Source of the DNA: Camelus ferus
Taxonomy: Eukaryota
DNA: 64,000 bases
Direction of reading: 5' to 3'
Assembly (NCBI RefSeq): GCF_009834535.1
Contig: NC_045697.1
Coordinates: forward strand, 57,538,001 to 57,602,000
Below, piece after piece: positions 25,985 to 41,600 of this stretch. The translations under genes and the position numbers were made by a program. Position 1 is the stretch's first letter, and the number at the start of each line of letters is the position of its first letter. Below the pieces are notes generated by a model, which worked only from the letters and a program-made list of their open reading frames with translations, made no database searches and had not been told where the DNA came from.

Positions 25985-27760
25985 TTGTAGCAAAGTTGTA
26001 GGATAAAATGTTAGTCAACAAAAGTCAATTGCTTTCTCATAGTCCAGCAATTGGAAAATAAAATACAATAACATTATATAAGCACCCCAAATAAGAAATT
26101 ATAGATCTAAATCTTATAACATCTTTATATGATCTACATGAGAAAAGAATGTAAAACTCTAATGATGAAATTTTAAAAGGATCTAAATAATTGGAGAGAT
26201 ATTTTGTGTATATGGATAGAGAGACTCAATATTATCACAAAGTAAGTTCTTTCCAACTTTATCAAGAGGCAGAATAGACAAAATAGTATTCAAGGAGTAG
26301 AGCAAAATTGGAGGACTTACACTCCCTGCCTTCAAGACTTAGTATAAAACGATAGTAATCAAGACACTGGTATTAATGAAACAAAATACTAATAGGTCAG
26401 TGAAACAGAATAGAGAGCCCTAAATAGACCTGCATGAAGAGAATCAAGTGATCTTTGATAAAGAAGCAAAGGCAATACAGTGGAGAAAGGATGATCATTT
26501 CATCAAATGAAAACCTGGACATTCACATGCAAAAAACTTTTTTTAAATGGATCTAGACACAGACTTTACACTCTTCACAAAAATTAACTCAAATGGATTA
26601 TAGACCTAAATATAAAATGCAAAACTATAAAATTCCTAGAAGACAACATAGAAGAAAATCTAGATGTCAGTGGATTTAATTATGAGTTCTTAGATACAAT
26701 ACCAAAAACATGATATGTGAAATTACAATTGTTAATTTGTGCTTTGTTAAAATTAAAATATTCTGTCCTGATATTTTCAAGAGACATATTTGACAAAGGA
26801 CTGTTGTGAAACATATGAAGAACTATTAAAACAGTAAGAAAACAAACACCTAATTTATGAAAGGTTAATATATCTCAATAGGCATCTAACAGCAGAAAAT
26901 TTCAAGATGACAAACAAACATATAAAGAGATGTTCCACATCGTATGTTACCAGCAAAATGAAACCTGAAACAATGAGATACGACTACACACATATTAGAA
27001 TAGGTAAAATCCAACTACGAATGAGGACATGGAAAAACAGGAATGCTCATCGGCTGCTGGTGGGGATACAAAATGGTACAATCACTTTGGAAGACAGTTT
27101 AGTGGTTTCTTCCAAAGCTAAACATACGCTTACCATGTGATCCAGCAATTATGCTCCTACATATTTACCCAAATGAGTAGAAAACTTATATTTTCACAAA
27201 ATCCCACACATGAATGTTTGTAGCAGTTTTACTCATAATTACCAAAACTTGCAACTAGCCAACATGTTCTTCAGTAGGTTAATGAATACACACATTGTGG
27301 TTTATCCATCCAATGGAATATTATTCAGTGCTAAAATATGTGGATTATAAAAATATGAATAAACATGGGGGAAACTTAAATGCATATTGCTAAGTGAAAA
27401 AAGCCAATCTGAAAAGGCTACATATTGTGAGATTCCCACTATGTGACATTCCTGAAAAGGCAAAAGTATGGAGCTACTTATAAGATCTGTATGTAGTGCA
27501 AGGAGTTCAAGCAGAGAGTAGGATGAATAAGTGGAACACTGTAAATTTTAATACAGTGAAATGATTGTGGTGATACGCTAGTGGTGGATAATATCATTAT
27601 CCATTTGTTCAAATCAAGGACTGCACAACACAAGGAATGAACTCTAAAGTAAACTATTAACCTTAATTAATAATAATGTATGAATAGTGGCTCATCACTT
27701 GCAGCAGGTATACCACTATAATGCCAGGTGCTAGTAATGGGGGAATTCGGTGCGGGGAAC
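25985..27760 (+). mobile_element. Old L1 (L1MC-like): ORF2 3' half plus 3' UTR
   Basis: ORF 26907-27140 NKHIKRCSTSYV..MRYDYTHIR; aagtgaaaaaagccaatctgaaaaggctacata-type 3' UTR. Confidence 0.85.
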
Positions 27761-30700
27761 GTTTTTTTCTCCCTATTTCATTACATTATGAGTTTGTCTA
27801 GCATCATGCCAAAATCATACTGCTGAAATTACTGTACTTTTAAAATGCTTGCTATCTAATAAGTTAAGCCTTTCAATTTTCAACCTTTCAGAATGTTTTG
27901 TTATTCTTATCCATTTGTACTTTCATATTAATTTTTTTAGCAGCACGTCATTTAACCCAATATACTTTGTTTAAGCTGCCTGTGTGTGCTATCCAGTCAT
28001 TTAGCCTTATTTGCAAAGCACTAAATATCACCCTAAATAAAACCCCAAATCCTTGCCATGGTCTGCAAGGTTGTACATGATCTATTAGCATTATTCCAAC
28101 CTTTATTTGGTTTCTTACTGCCTTTTCCTTCTTCTCCTTGGTTCAGGCACCTTGACTTCCTCTCTTTTCTTCAAACACATGAACCCCAGTATGCTTTATG
28201 GTCTTTGTGTTTGCTGAACACTCTGTTCTGCTATTCTACCAGGCTTCCACTTGTCTAGCTTCTTCATTCCTCCACTGTACACAAATTGTATATTCCAAAC
28301 AAAGCCTTCCCTAAGTATTATTAAAACTCAGTCCCTCACAATCCTTATGCTTTTCTCTACTTCATTTTTTACTATTCTTATTGTCAAATAATATCTACAT
28401 TCTTAAAAATAAAATACTTCCAAAGTATTCATTATAAATCACCCAAATGATTGTCTTCTTTTTGGTGTTCTTGAGTTCCAGAATTATATATCTCATGTTT
28501 TGTGTGTTCAATGAAAATGTCTTATCAAGCCTTAAAAATCCTCTTAATCTGGATTTGTATGTTTGTCCGATTTTATTTAAGCTGAAAGTTGCCACACTAA
28601 TTTCATTACTGTCAAATTAGCCTTCTGTTATTAATTAGAATATTGAACAGCTATGAAAACAACAGAAATATAGATTTATATTTAGTGATGAATAAATTTA
28701 TCCAAAGTGTAGTATGTCAGTAATTCATGTATCGGGGTAATATATATTTAAAAACATGGTTTTCTAAAAACAAAAGAACGACTGTACATATGCTTCTATA
28801 AAATGTATAGTTTAACTCTTAAAACTTGGACTTTTTGATGCAGTTTTTATACCTTTCATGGGTTTGCTTTTTCACTATGTGCATAGAATAATTTTACAAT
28901 ATGATTAACTATTACAGAAAATAAATAGAGAAAAACTATTTCTCATCAGGCAGTTTAATGAGAGGAGAGACATTTTAGTACTGCAGGTTATTGAAGTTCC
29001 ACATCAATAAGGTGGCTTCCCCAATTACCAAAATTTCTTTATCATGAAAGGAAACCTATTAAATTGTCATCATTTAGTATAAGGTGGTATCCTATTTCTG
29101 AATGCAGTGTATTTTCCTCATTTCAGAATGAATCTTTATAAAATTTTATAAAGATAGAATAATCATTAGTATGGAGAAGTGTCTAACCTAGCATAATATG
29201 TGGAATTACAAGTGCTAAAGCTTCAGTATGTTATACAGAAATTGAAATTATAAACATAGCACCATTCATGGAACTCTCCCGCCAGAAAAAATTTCAATAC
29301 TGCTTCTACTTTAAACATCATCAGTATGTGTAAGATTAATCATGTTTCAGCAAGATGTATTATTAGAATGTTTGATACATATTAATGTCCTCAGAGTTGA
29401 GGTTCTTTATCTTCATATTCAAAAGTTGTCACCATCTTAGCATTAGTAATGTGCAAAGTCAGTGCTCTACAAAGTGTCCAATTATGCACAGTGGAACTAT
29501 TTTTTAATGCGGGACATACATCTTAAACTTATATTATTTGCTCTTATATAACACTTGAAATGCTTTCCCAAAAAGTGAGCAGCGTTAAAAATCTGATTTT
29601 TTTATCTTTCATAACATGAAAATCTCAAGAAAAGCAGAGACATTAGCAAGACTAAAAATATCACTCCTTGTTTTACTCATGAAGATAATAATATATTGAA
29701 TCTGTCCATATCTGAAGTTACCTTTAAAATTTAAATATAAAATCACTGGGTTGTCTAATCACATACACATAAAAGTTAAACTTTAATCTCTTCACCTTTT
29801 TCATTTCTTCAATTATCATTTAATACTGAAATTTCCACACATACTTATTTCCAAGCCAGACCACACTTTTGAACTTCAAATCTGTATAACTACTACATAA
29901 CTGAATTCTCCAGTTGAATGTCTTTTTGATACCTCAAATGTCCCCAAAGGAGAGAACTTGTAATCTAGAACTATTGTTCTTCTAGTCCTCCCAGTGTAAA
30001 TCAATGTCGTTACCACACAGTATTTTTGCTCAGACTAGAAATCAAAAGATTTGCTCCAAACAACTTTCTTTTTCATAAACTTTACATCGTATAAATTAAC
30101 AGTTCACAAATTGAGCTTCTCCTTAAATTACTCTTGAATCATTCACTTTTTTCCCTTGCTAACTATTACCACCATACCAAGATTGCATCTTTTCTTTGTC
30201 AAAAAAAAAAAAAAAATTGCCAGTCTGCCCACATCAATTCTTCCATATCTTTATCATTGCAATGAGTATAATCTCTCAAAAAATACAGAACTTTTCTTTC
30301 AACCTCTTTGCTTAAAATCCTATAGGGACTCCATGTTGCTCATAGAAGATACTTCAGAATTCTTAAACAACCCTACAGGATTTTGCTTACCTTTACAGTC
30401 ATACCTACCAGTCTTGCATTTTTATTATTTATTAATTTTTTTTTGGCACTTTCAGTTTTGAATCTTGATCTGAGCTCAATTCTTTAGTAAATTCCTACGT
30501 AACTTTTCTTTTAACTATCTCCTAAATTAATATAAACTAAACACTCTATTTTGTATCATTCCAGTTTTCTTCCCTTTACTGGTTATGTTTTCTGTCAGTA
30601 TTTCAACTATTTTTCATGTCATTGAAGCCATTTTTTTTTTGTCTCATTCCTCCACTTTAGTATTAATATCAAATCAGTTTTATTTTTATTTAGTTATCTT

Positions 30701-33700
30701 ACCTCAAAACATTAGTAATGTCTTTCAACTTATTTTCAGTCCCAGTGCTACAACTGTTATTTAGTTTCCATCATTTCGCTGTTTTAAACCAATAACCATG
30801 TTCCTATCCTGTCATTTCTTCATACTTCATTGATGCAAGACATTGTCCCAGATGATAGAAATGAATAATTAATAAGGTTGGTCCATGTCTAAAGAAGTTT
30901 ATATTCAAATCAAGGAGTCGAAGAAGTGGATGAATAAATAAACAAAACATGAACTATTACACACTATTATCAAACTAAATATTATCAAACTAAACATCAT
31001 GTAATACAATGCATAGGACTCTTAGAAAATTCTCATTATTTTAGGTATTTAGTAAGTTTTATATATATGCACACTCACATATATAGATACATTTCACTGT
31101 GCAAATGGTTTATCTGTATTACCTTATTGAATTCTTCCCTGGAATATTCTTTATTTTTTATTATTACTTTAATTTTGTAGTGGACATAAACAAGATTCAA
31201 AAAGATGACATGATTTTTAAAGGACCTATAGCTAGTGACATGTTGATGACATACATGGATGTGGATCTAGGTAATTTCTCTGGTCTGGAGAAGCATGTTT
31301 TCTAACACTCTGTTAATCATAGTGCCCTTCCATATCCTTTCTACATTTTTTAATTGATTTAACCCTAAAAATATGGAACATTTAAGTTTTATTTGATTTA
31401 TATTTCCAAGTGTTATTTACTGCTTTTATTATTATCATTATCATTATTGTTTTGGTGAGATAAGAATATACAGGAGGTTTACTTACTGGACTCTCTTTGC
31501 AGTAGTTATTAACAAGATAGAAATAAGGAGAATGTAAATATAAGATATAAAATTATAATTTAATGATACGAAAATATGTTTAAAAAACCTAAAAATTATT
31601 CTTATTGTAATTTTCTAATAAGGGTATTTATACAAAGGTAGTATAAGTAACCTTTTTTTTTTAAATGAAGTGTAGGAAAAATAGGAATTGGAGCAAAGTG
31701 ATGTTTCTTAAACAAATAAAGGCATATCAGCAAGGATGGAGTTAAATTTACAAGAAAAATATCACAACAACAAATCAATAACTAACATAACAGCATGAGT
31801 GGTAAAGTAAATTGATAAAACATTAAATATGGTATATTTGTTCCTCTCAGTCTCCACTCAGGTTGAAGATCTCAGATTCTTGTTAACTTGTGTTTCTGAT
31901 GGGGTCAGTAATGGAGGGGAGGCGGTTGGGCTGAGCATGGGAAATACATTGAGCACTTTATTTTTTGTTGTTAACATTGTTTTAGCTTGAATTTCTTACC
32001 ATGTTTCTGAAATAACTACTAAAAATAATATTCATGCTCTAAGAGGATCCCTACATAAACTACTAATGCTTTACGTGTAGATAAATTATTTTTGAAAAAC
32101 ACTGATATTGATTCATACATCAAAAGATAGACCATGGAAAATAAGTTTGTTTGTTTTCTTTTTTAGTGAAAATATAAGAAGAAACATAGTGCTGACCTAT
32201 GTCTACCTTTAATTTGCAGGAACTTTCTTGGGTAGCATCACCTCTATTAAAACTGTCATTTAGAAGATAAAATACAATAAAAAATTTAATCTGAATCTGT
32301 AAAAACTGTTAAATGTGATACATACATGTATTTATCTTTGAGATAGATAATGAAATGGAGAGTTTAATAATGTAATTTCATTTTGTTATTAGATCTAATT
32401 ATTACCATATATTGAAAAAAATCTGTATTTCTTTAATGATTTATTCTTAATAGTTTTTCAAAATACTTAATTTTCTACCAGTTACTTCATTTTCTTCTGT
32501 GTAGTTTAGCCTTATGATATTACCACATAGACAAAATCCAACTCAGTTAATCTCTCTCACTCTTTTCCTACATCCTTTTTGTTTCCAAGTCATGTACAAT
32601 TTAACATTTGTAGTTATTTTGGGGTTTTTTTTGTTTGTTTTTCTCCAACTGCTTCTTCCTTCAATTCTAACAGTATGCATTTGATTTTCGGTCTCTATTT
32701 TCATCCCAAGACATTTGCATTTCTGTATCATCTGACTTCCTTATTTCTCAATTTTTTGTTTAATTTGCATAGCTCTGAGTATTACATAATGACTAAAAAA
32801 GACTAATTTTTCTTTCTAGATACGCAATGCTTACTTGCTATATGTGTGATGCCACAAAAACACTCAGTGTCCCACCTTTTGTTGTCATTAGCTTTTTCTA
32901 TCTGGCTTTGAGGAATTTAATCCATCTTCAATCTTGATTTCATGTACCTCATAAAGTCCATGTCTAGTGTCATTGCATAAATCTGTAAATGAATATGTGC
33001 AAAAAAAGGAAAAGACAAGGAGAAAATAGAATGGCAATAATCGACACTTTGGATTATGTATCAATTGTCTTATTTTTTTGCATATTTCTTAAATAAGATA
33101 TTTTAATATATTTAACACTATCATTTCTATAATATAATATAATTTACAAAAGAAGTAATAAGAATTAACTTAGTCATGTGACCTTGCTTAAAATTATTAA
33201 AATTTAATAGCTAACACAGTGTTAGTTCATTTTTAGAAAATAAATGAATAATAAAAGATTGCTCAGAGCTACATAGTATAAGGCTTTGAGTACACTTTCT
33301 GAAAATTCAGCCAAATAATTAGACTAGGAAATAATTTTATTGAAAAAAGTTTTTGTCTCCAGAATAGTCCATCTAAGTTTGAGTACATTACTAATAATCA
33401 TCCTTAATAACGGTAATAAATCATTTTTCAGTGCTATTGCCCTTGCCAACCACCAAGCTGTTTCCCAACAAATTCATTTATCAACCATGTTAATTTGATT
33501 GTATTATTTGATTATTATTTGATTTTATTCTGATTTTTAAGATGAAGAACATAAAGCTCAAAGACATAAAATTACCAGCTTTTAAGTTGAGTAGCACGTA
33601 ATTTATTCAGAAGGCATTTGAAACCATGTCTTTCTGATTCAAAAATCTGTTATGAGAACTGGGTGTTTAACATATTATTAAATTCTATAAAAATCGTTGT

Positions 33701-36700
33701 TGGTTTTGAGGGAACTATTATCAGATGTATTAAGTAACATTAAAATTAAATTAAGGATGGTTATGTAGTAGGTAAGAAAAGTTATTAATTAAGCAATTAT
33801 AATTATTTAAAATGTAAGAATTTTTCTCTAAAGTCACCATACATTTTAATGAATTGGTATGCCTTTAAAGACTTTGGCATCTATTTTTAAATATGGTATA
33901 TTATTTTTCTAGACTATTGTTTGTTAAAATTATATATGATAAAAATCCAGTCCATGTATTATAGTACTGTGTCAAAATCTTTTAGGCCAAAATTAACTTA
34001 GGAGAGCCTTGTTTCTAGCACCATCTTTTGATGATATTATATTATTCAGATGTTACATTAACTTTATCGAGATGATTCCTTAACTGTATAAACTCACTCC
34101 CAATTAAAGGAGGAAGACATTTGCCTTGGATAGTCGAAGTGATGTTATAATTAGAAGATATACCATTATCTAGATTTCTCAGGTCTGCATTATTATAATT
34201 CAAAACATTCTGCATAAATCATCTTGCTTAGCAATGCTGATGAATGAGAAGTCAGAGTGACTTCAGTGTCTGTACAAAGCACATACTTAGTGCTTTTTCA
34301 GTAAGCATATTTTCATCAATTATTCAGTTCTAAAGATACATGGCAGCAAAAGTGAGTTTATGACAATTATTTGTATCTGTTTCAGTCATATTTTAACATA
34401 TTTTAACTGAGATAATTGCTTCACATAAGGAAAGGAAAATCCTGAAAATATATGTGGATAAAAAATAGTATTGATTCCCATGGCAGAAGTTCCATGGTTA
34501 GTTTTTCAAGCAAAAAATATAGTTTGTGAATTTTAATACAATATATATTCTATAAAATACTCTGATAATACTCTCAATATTGAGTTTTTAGGGTCTATAT
34601 CTTGATTTACTGATCATTCTGTTTTTCTTGTTTATACTCTTTTGAGCAGATACTCAAAGCCAAATGACAAAACAGCTCAAAATTTAGAACACTCAAAAAA
34701 TTCATACACATGTAGTATTTTAGTGTGTGGTACAAACTTGAAAATATATTCATATTTGTGTATTTACATATGTATATGTACACATTACACAAACATACAG
34801 GTGTATATATATTTTCATATGCCTGTATATACGTGTGTGTGTGTATATATATATATATATTTGCAGCTGACTCTCAGTATGTTTCAATCAGTGTTATAAG
34901 TTATAGCTTCCATAGACATTATATAATTTAGTTTTTCTAGTGGATTTAATTGAGGGAGATGATAAAATAGATTCTATTTAGTCAGTATCCTGACTGTCTC
35001 AATTTAGAAAACACGTCTAGTCCACAATTACTCCCAGATTATCATAACAGTTTTACTAAGAAAAATATTTCTATTCGGTAGAGTAAGAATAGAATTAGGT
35101 TACTTTTTCCCATAACTCCTTTTGGATTTTATATTTACATTTTTTTCTAAATTATTATATGTTTATTGTTGTACTATGAGGCACAAAATATATATTATGA
35201 TCAGTTTGCTTTGTGAGGCATTCTTTCATTTATATATTCATTTAAACATGAAGTTAACATTTCATGTAAGTTTAATTTTCATACTTAGAAAATATCTGTC
35301 CAAAAGAAGAAGGAAAATGTTGAAGTGTCAGGAGGGAATGTTAGGTAGAGGCAGTTTTACATCGAGCTTTGTGAGTACATTTTTGTCGCAAATTGTATCA
35401 AAATGTGCAGTATCCACTCATCACACAAATGGATCGTTTTCTCACATAGAATGGGACCAGAGTATTGATTTATTGTTAGTGTATATCACAATTTGCCTTG
35501 ATTACTACATATCTCTCAGTGTAGCACAACTCATCCTTCCGGGTTTGAAGTGTAAGCTGTAACATTTTTATTGGAGTAGATATGTCTCAGATAAAAATAG
35601 AGTGTAGTTTTGCATTTTGGCATGACCTTGTCATTTCAGAAAGCATTACATTTTAACGACATATAATTTAAAATGCCTCTGGGAGTGAGTTGAATTTACT
35701 GAGATATTTTTAAGAGTAATTACTTAGCAGAGGTTGTCAGAACACTTGTAGAGTATCAGCCTTCTTCAGGGCAGATATTTGAGACTACTTGAAATGAATT
35801 AGGAATTCTACCATTAATGTTTGATGGGAGACCATAGTGAAAAAGATGGATGCTTATATAATTGGCATCCTTAACATTTAGAGCTGAATACTGAAATGCC
35901 AGAAACATAATTCTGAATAAAATGTCAGGACCTAACTCAATAATATTTAATGATGTAGTAGGAAAGGAATGAACAGAAGTCATTTTATTATATTAATGAA
36001 ATTATTTAAAATAGGCTTAATTGTCCCCATATATCACTAAGAAGTTTTTATTCATATTATTGTTTCTAAGAATAATTTGTTTCAAATATTCAACTTCTTC
36101 CAGTTCAGATATTTTAAACATCCTTCTGATTCACATGATTGCAAAATACTTTTACAAAAATGTTAACAGCAATTGTACTTGGTTAGCGAAATATTTTAAT
36201 TACAGTTGGAAGAGTACCAAATCCTGCTTTATTCTTGATATTTTTAGTCTTTGTCAAGAGATTGATCTTTTCCTAGTTAAATAATATACTTAATAAAGTT
36301 ACCTTATGCTAGTGGAATTAGTGAGAATATACAAAAATAAAAATAAAAACAAAAACATACAATGTTGAAACTATCTACTCAACTTACTAAGATAATTCAT
36401 CATTAATTAGCATGGTTGAAAGATAACTGAATGACAAAAAATTATATTACATACTATATTTGCATAATTTTACTGATAATTCAATGAAAATGAGGGGCAA
36501 GAGTTTCAAGAATAATTCACGTCATCTTTAAAAAGAAAATGGTGCTTTGGGGGATTGACTACAAAATGTTTTGGGGTAGTATACTATGGAGAATGCTTTT
36601 TACAGAATCTTTACTCACTATATATCCAAAACTGTAAGAAACTTGGTGCAGGTTATATAGTTCATCTGGTCATTTTGTCAAGCCTCAAATCCTGCCACTA

Positions 36701-37039
36701 TAAGCTTAATTACTTCTATGAAAAAAAAGATAGGCTACAGTGTGGTCATCAAATATATTTAACCATGTCCATCAATGTAGGGAAGGTTCTTGAAGAGGAT
36801 TCCTGGATAAGGTAGTAAATCACGCCTTCAATTTGGACAATAGAGGAAAGATGTCAATATTAAACACGGCATTCTGAGACTATAGTGATAAGTAGCATGA
36901 GGTAGTGCAAGATACCAAATAGCATTAACTGCTTGTAAATATAGTCACTTTTTCTGTCTCTTTCTAGACTACCAAAGAGTTAACCAATCTCCTGAGATTC
37001 ATGTTCCTTTTCATAATATTATTTTAGTATATTTTATAG

Positions 37040-37475
37040 TAATGTCTCTCAGATTGAACTCCCAAGTGCCTTCCAGGGATTCCAGAGGTCTAAATTATTG
37101 TCATGACATTTCTCTTTCACTCACATTCCCTCATGAGTGTATAGTGGATTTATCAAAAGGCTTCAGGATGAGTGATATTGCCACAGACTGAATGCAAGAA
37201 GGCATAAATCTTGCTTCCTTCATTACACCAGTTAATAGGGAAATTTGCTGAAATGTAAAACAATGTCACTCTCTTTTTTTGGAAAGTGTAATTATTTTTA
37301 ATAGAATATACTATTTAGGCAATGTGTTTATTATTATTCAAGTGAATTAATTTTTTTCAGATTTAATTTCTAATATTGTAAATTTTAATAGCTTTAATAT
37401 ATGAATAAAATTCTTTGGATTCTCAATACTATCTGAAATTGTAGAATTTCCAAGAGCAAAGTTTGAGTACCACCA
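37040..37475 (+). mobile_element. hAT-Charlie DNA transposon (Charlie4a-like), complete non-autonomous copy
   Basis: Internal sequence matches my recollection of Charlie4a (tcactcacattccctcatgagtgtatagtgga...gtttgagtaccac); perfect 8-bp TSD TTTTATAG at 37032-37039 and 37476-37483, typical of hAT. Confidence 0.85.
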
Positions 37476-38664
37476 TTTTATAGCATCCTTAGTGACTAAA
37501 TTATTAATATTGGCTATTGTTATCATTTGAAGTATCTTCTCCCCACTCTTGCAGTATTGGAGAGCTAGCATTTTTTCTTAGATGTATGAATACGTCCTAT
37601 TATAAGATATATGGTAACTAGAGTTTCCAAATCCTTTGCATTTTTAGGAGAACCTACATTACAAATAGCCCCTGTAATTCATGGAAAATTCTGTATCTTT
37701 AACCTAATTAGTTATCATAGTCTAATCACACAAGAAAGCTACTCAAGTATAGTGCTTAGACATAGCTGCTTTACCAAATCACTTCCTGTGATTGTCAGCA
37801 TGGTGGCAATCAGGATATTATTTTCCCCCTTTTCTATAAGCAAATTTGGGGCAAGGGGAATGCTCTCTCATTTTATCTCCAACTCATAGTACATGTTCTG
37901 GTAGCCATTCAAATATTTGATAAATTAATAAATGGCACATGTGGCAGAAATATGTGCACTATTTATTATTAGTATTCAGTTATCCTGAATTTGTTAACCT
38001 CACCCAAGTCAGATTGACATTATTGTCCTATGCTTTTAAAAGACTTCCTTTACTGCTTTAGTGTATTAATCACCCATATGCATAAATTTTTTTTGTATTT
38101 TAAAATGAGTATTTCAAGTAATCTTTGAAATGATTCTGTTTCCTTATTGCCTTCAAAAGGAAGTAAAAACTTTTTCACATAATTTCCAAAGCCTTTTATT
38201 ATCTGACTGAAGTTTAACTCTCAAAAATATAATTTTCCAGTGTCCTTTGAGTTATATTATGTTCTAGCCCTAGAAAGACTTATATTTTCCCAAACATAGC
38301 AATAACTCTGATGTTCATATTTTTCATACAAAATAGTAATAAAATATAATTACTATTTCCAACATTATAGTTTTATCTAATTTGCGAAGTTAAATTTCAT
38401 AACATACACTTTGTTTTATGATCCTTTTTATCACAGTAATACCATTTCCCAGTATCACTTAGTGATAGCACTTAAACTGACATTAACCATTTCTGTTAAG
38501 TCTAAATGTATGCACATTGATGAATTTTAAAATAACATGGGTTAATGATTAATGTTATACTTCTTTGCATGATACTTTTTTATTTCCTCTCATCCGTGTT
38601 ATGTATTTTTGCTGGCTTTTAATTTACATTAAATAAAAATAAGGAAGTAAAATCATATCTAGTT

Positions 38665-41600
38665 TCTTTTTATGGAAGAATAATTGACTTGCAATATTAT
38701 ATTAGTCTCAGATGTACAGTATAGTGATTCAGTATTTTTATACTTTAAGGAATGATCACACCACAACAAATCTAGTTACCATCTGTCACCATACAATGTT
38801 GTAATAATATCATCAACTCATTTTCTGTGCTCGCATTATAGCCAATGACTTACTTATTTTATACCTGGAAGTTTGATCTCTTAGTCCTCTTCACTTATCT
38901 TGCCAGTCCTCCCACTTCTTTCCCCTCTTCTAACCACCACTTTGTTCTCTGTATCTGTGAGTCTGTTACTGTTTTGTTCATGTGTTTTGTTTTTTAGATT
39001 CCACATCGAAGTGAAATCAAATGGTATTTGTTTTTCTCAGTCTTACTGCACATAGCATAATACCCTCTATGTCCATCTATATTGTTGCTAATGAGAAGAT
39101 TTCATTCTTCTATATGGCTGTGTAATATTTTATCATGTGTGTATACCATATCTTCTTTATCCATTTATATATCAAAGGATAAAGGTTGCTTCCATACCTA
39201 AACTATTGTAAATAATACTGCAGTTAACAGAGGGGTGTATATATTTTTTTGAATTAGTGTTTTTATTTTCTTTGGATAAATACCCAAAAGTTGAATTGCT
39301 GAATTGTATGTTAGTTCTGTTTTTCATTTTTTTGAGGAATCCCTATACTGTTTTCCATAGTGGCTGTATGAATTCCCACCAACAGTGAAAGGTTACCTTT
39401 TCTTTATATCCTCTTCAGCACTTGTTATTTTAAGTCTTTTTGATGATAGTCATTCTGACAGGGGTGAGGTGAAATCTCATTTGTGATTTTGATTTGCATT
39501 TCCCTGTTGACTAGTGATATTGAGTATCTTTTCATGTGCCTGTTAGCCATCTGTATATCTTCTTTGGAAAACTGTCTTTTCAGATCCTCTGCTGTTTCTA
39601 AAATCAGATTGTTCCTTTGATAATGAGTTGTATGTGTTTTTAAAAAATGTATTTTGGATATTATGCCCTTATCAGATATATAATTTGCAAATATCTTCTT
39701 CCATTCAATAGGTTGCCTTGCATTTGGTTGATGGTTTCTTTTCTTGTGCAAAAGCTTTCTTGTCTGATTAGGTTTCATTTGTTTGTTGTTGCTTTTGTTG
39801 CCCTTGCCTGAGGAGACAGATCCAAAAAAATGTTACTAAGACCAATGTCAAAGAGCATATGGTCTGTTTTATTCTAGGGGTTTTATAGATTTAAATCTTA
39901 CATATAAGTCTATAGTCCATTTGAGTTTATTTTGTACATGGTGTAAGTGTATTATCTAGTTTCATTCTTTCATGGATAGATGTCCAGCTTTTCCAATATG
40001 AGTTATTGTAGAGACAGTCTTTTCTCCATTGTATATTTGTGCTTCCTTTGTCATACATTAATTGACCATAAAAGTGTGAGTTTTTTTCTGGGCTCTCTAT
40101 TCTGTTCCATTGATCTACATGTCTAGTTTTGTGCCAGTACCATACCATTTTGATTACTGTAGCTTTGCAGGATAGTTTGAAATCAAGAAGCACAATTCCT
40201 CCTGCTCTGTTCTTCTTGCTCAAAATTGCTTTGATCATTTGTGATTCCATACAACTTTTAGGATTGTTTGTTCTAGTTTTGTGAAAAATGCCATGGGTAC
40301 TTTGATAAGAATTGCACTGAATCCATAGGCTGTTTTGGGTAATATGGACATTTTAACAAAATTAAATCTTCCAATTCATAAGCATGGTATATCTTTCCAT
40401 TTATTTATGTCATCTTCATTTTTTTTCATTAACATCTCATAGTTTTTGGTGTATAGGTTTTTCACCTCCTTGGTTAGATTTATTCCTAGGTATTTCAGGT
40501 TTTTTTTTTTTATGTAGTTGTTAACGGAATTGTTTTCTTAATTTCTTTTTCTGATAGTTCATTATTAGTGTATAGAAATGCAACATATTTCTATATATAC
40601 ATCTTATATCATGCAACTTTACTGACTGTATTTATGAGTTCTAATAGTTTCTTGGTGAAGTCTCTAGGGTTTTTGATACATTGTATCATGTTATTTTCAA
40701 ATAATGACAGTTTTTCTTCTTCCCTTCTAATTTGGATGCCTTCTGTTTCTTTTCTTATCTGATTTCTGTGGCTAGAACATCCAATACTATGTTGAATGAA
40801 AGTGGGAAGAGTGGACATTGTTGTCTTTTTTCCTGATCTTAGAGGAAAAGCTTTCAGCTGTTCACCAGTGAGTATGACGATATCTGTGGATTTGTCATAT
40901 ATGGCCTTTATTATGGTGAGGTATGTTCCCTCTCTACGCACTGTGTTGAGAGTTTTTATCATAAACAAATGTTAAATTTTGTCAACTGGTTTTTCTGCAT
41001 TCATTGAAATGATCATGTGATTTTTATCCTTTGTTTTGTTAATATAATGTATCACACTGATTTGTGACTGTTGAGCCATTCTTGCATCCCTGGAATAAGT
41101 CCCTAGTTAACATGCTGTATGATCCTTTTAATGTATTTTTGAACTTCCATTGTTAATATTTTGTTGAAGATTTCTTCATCTTATGTTCATCAGGGATATT
41201 GGACTGTAATTTTTCGTAGTATCTTTGTCTATTTTTGGTGTCAGGGTAATGCTGGTCTCATAGAATGAGTTTGGTAGTGTTCGTTCCTCTTCTATTTTTG
41301 GAGTAATTTGAGAAGGATGAATATTAACTCTCCTTTAAATAGTTGGTAGAAATCCCCTGTGAAGCCATCTGGTCTTTGACTTTTGTTTGCTGGAAGTTTT
41401 TAAATTAATGATTTAATCTCATTACTACTTATCAGTCTGTTAAGATTTTCTGTTTCTTCCTGATTCAGTCTTGGAAGTTTGTATGTTTTTAGGAATGTAT
41501 TCATTTCTTCTAGGTGGTCCAATTGTTTGTAATAATCTCTTATGATTGTATTTCTGATGTATGGTGGTACACCTTTTTTATTTTTGATTTTATTTACTTG

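Noticed and set aside
30965..30994. 15-bp direct repeat tattatcaaactaaa x2
   Set aside because: Simple local slippage duplication; no array or spacer structure.
35122..35562. 146-aa ORF, the longest in the track
   Set aside because: Non-ATG start, F/I/L/Y-biased composition typical of AT-rich non-coding DNA, and no recognisable domain.
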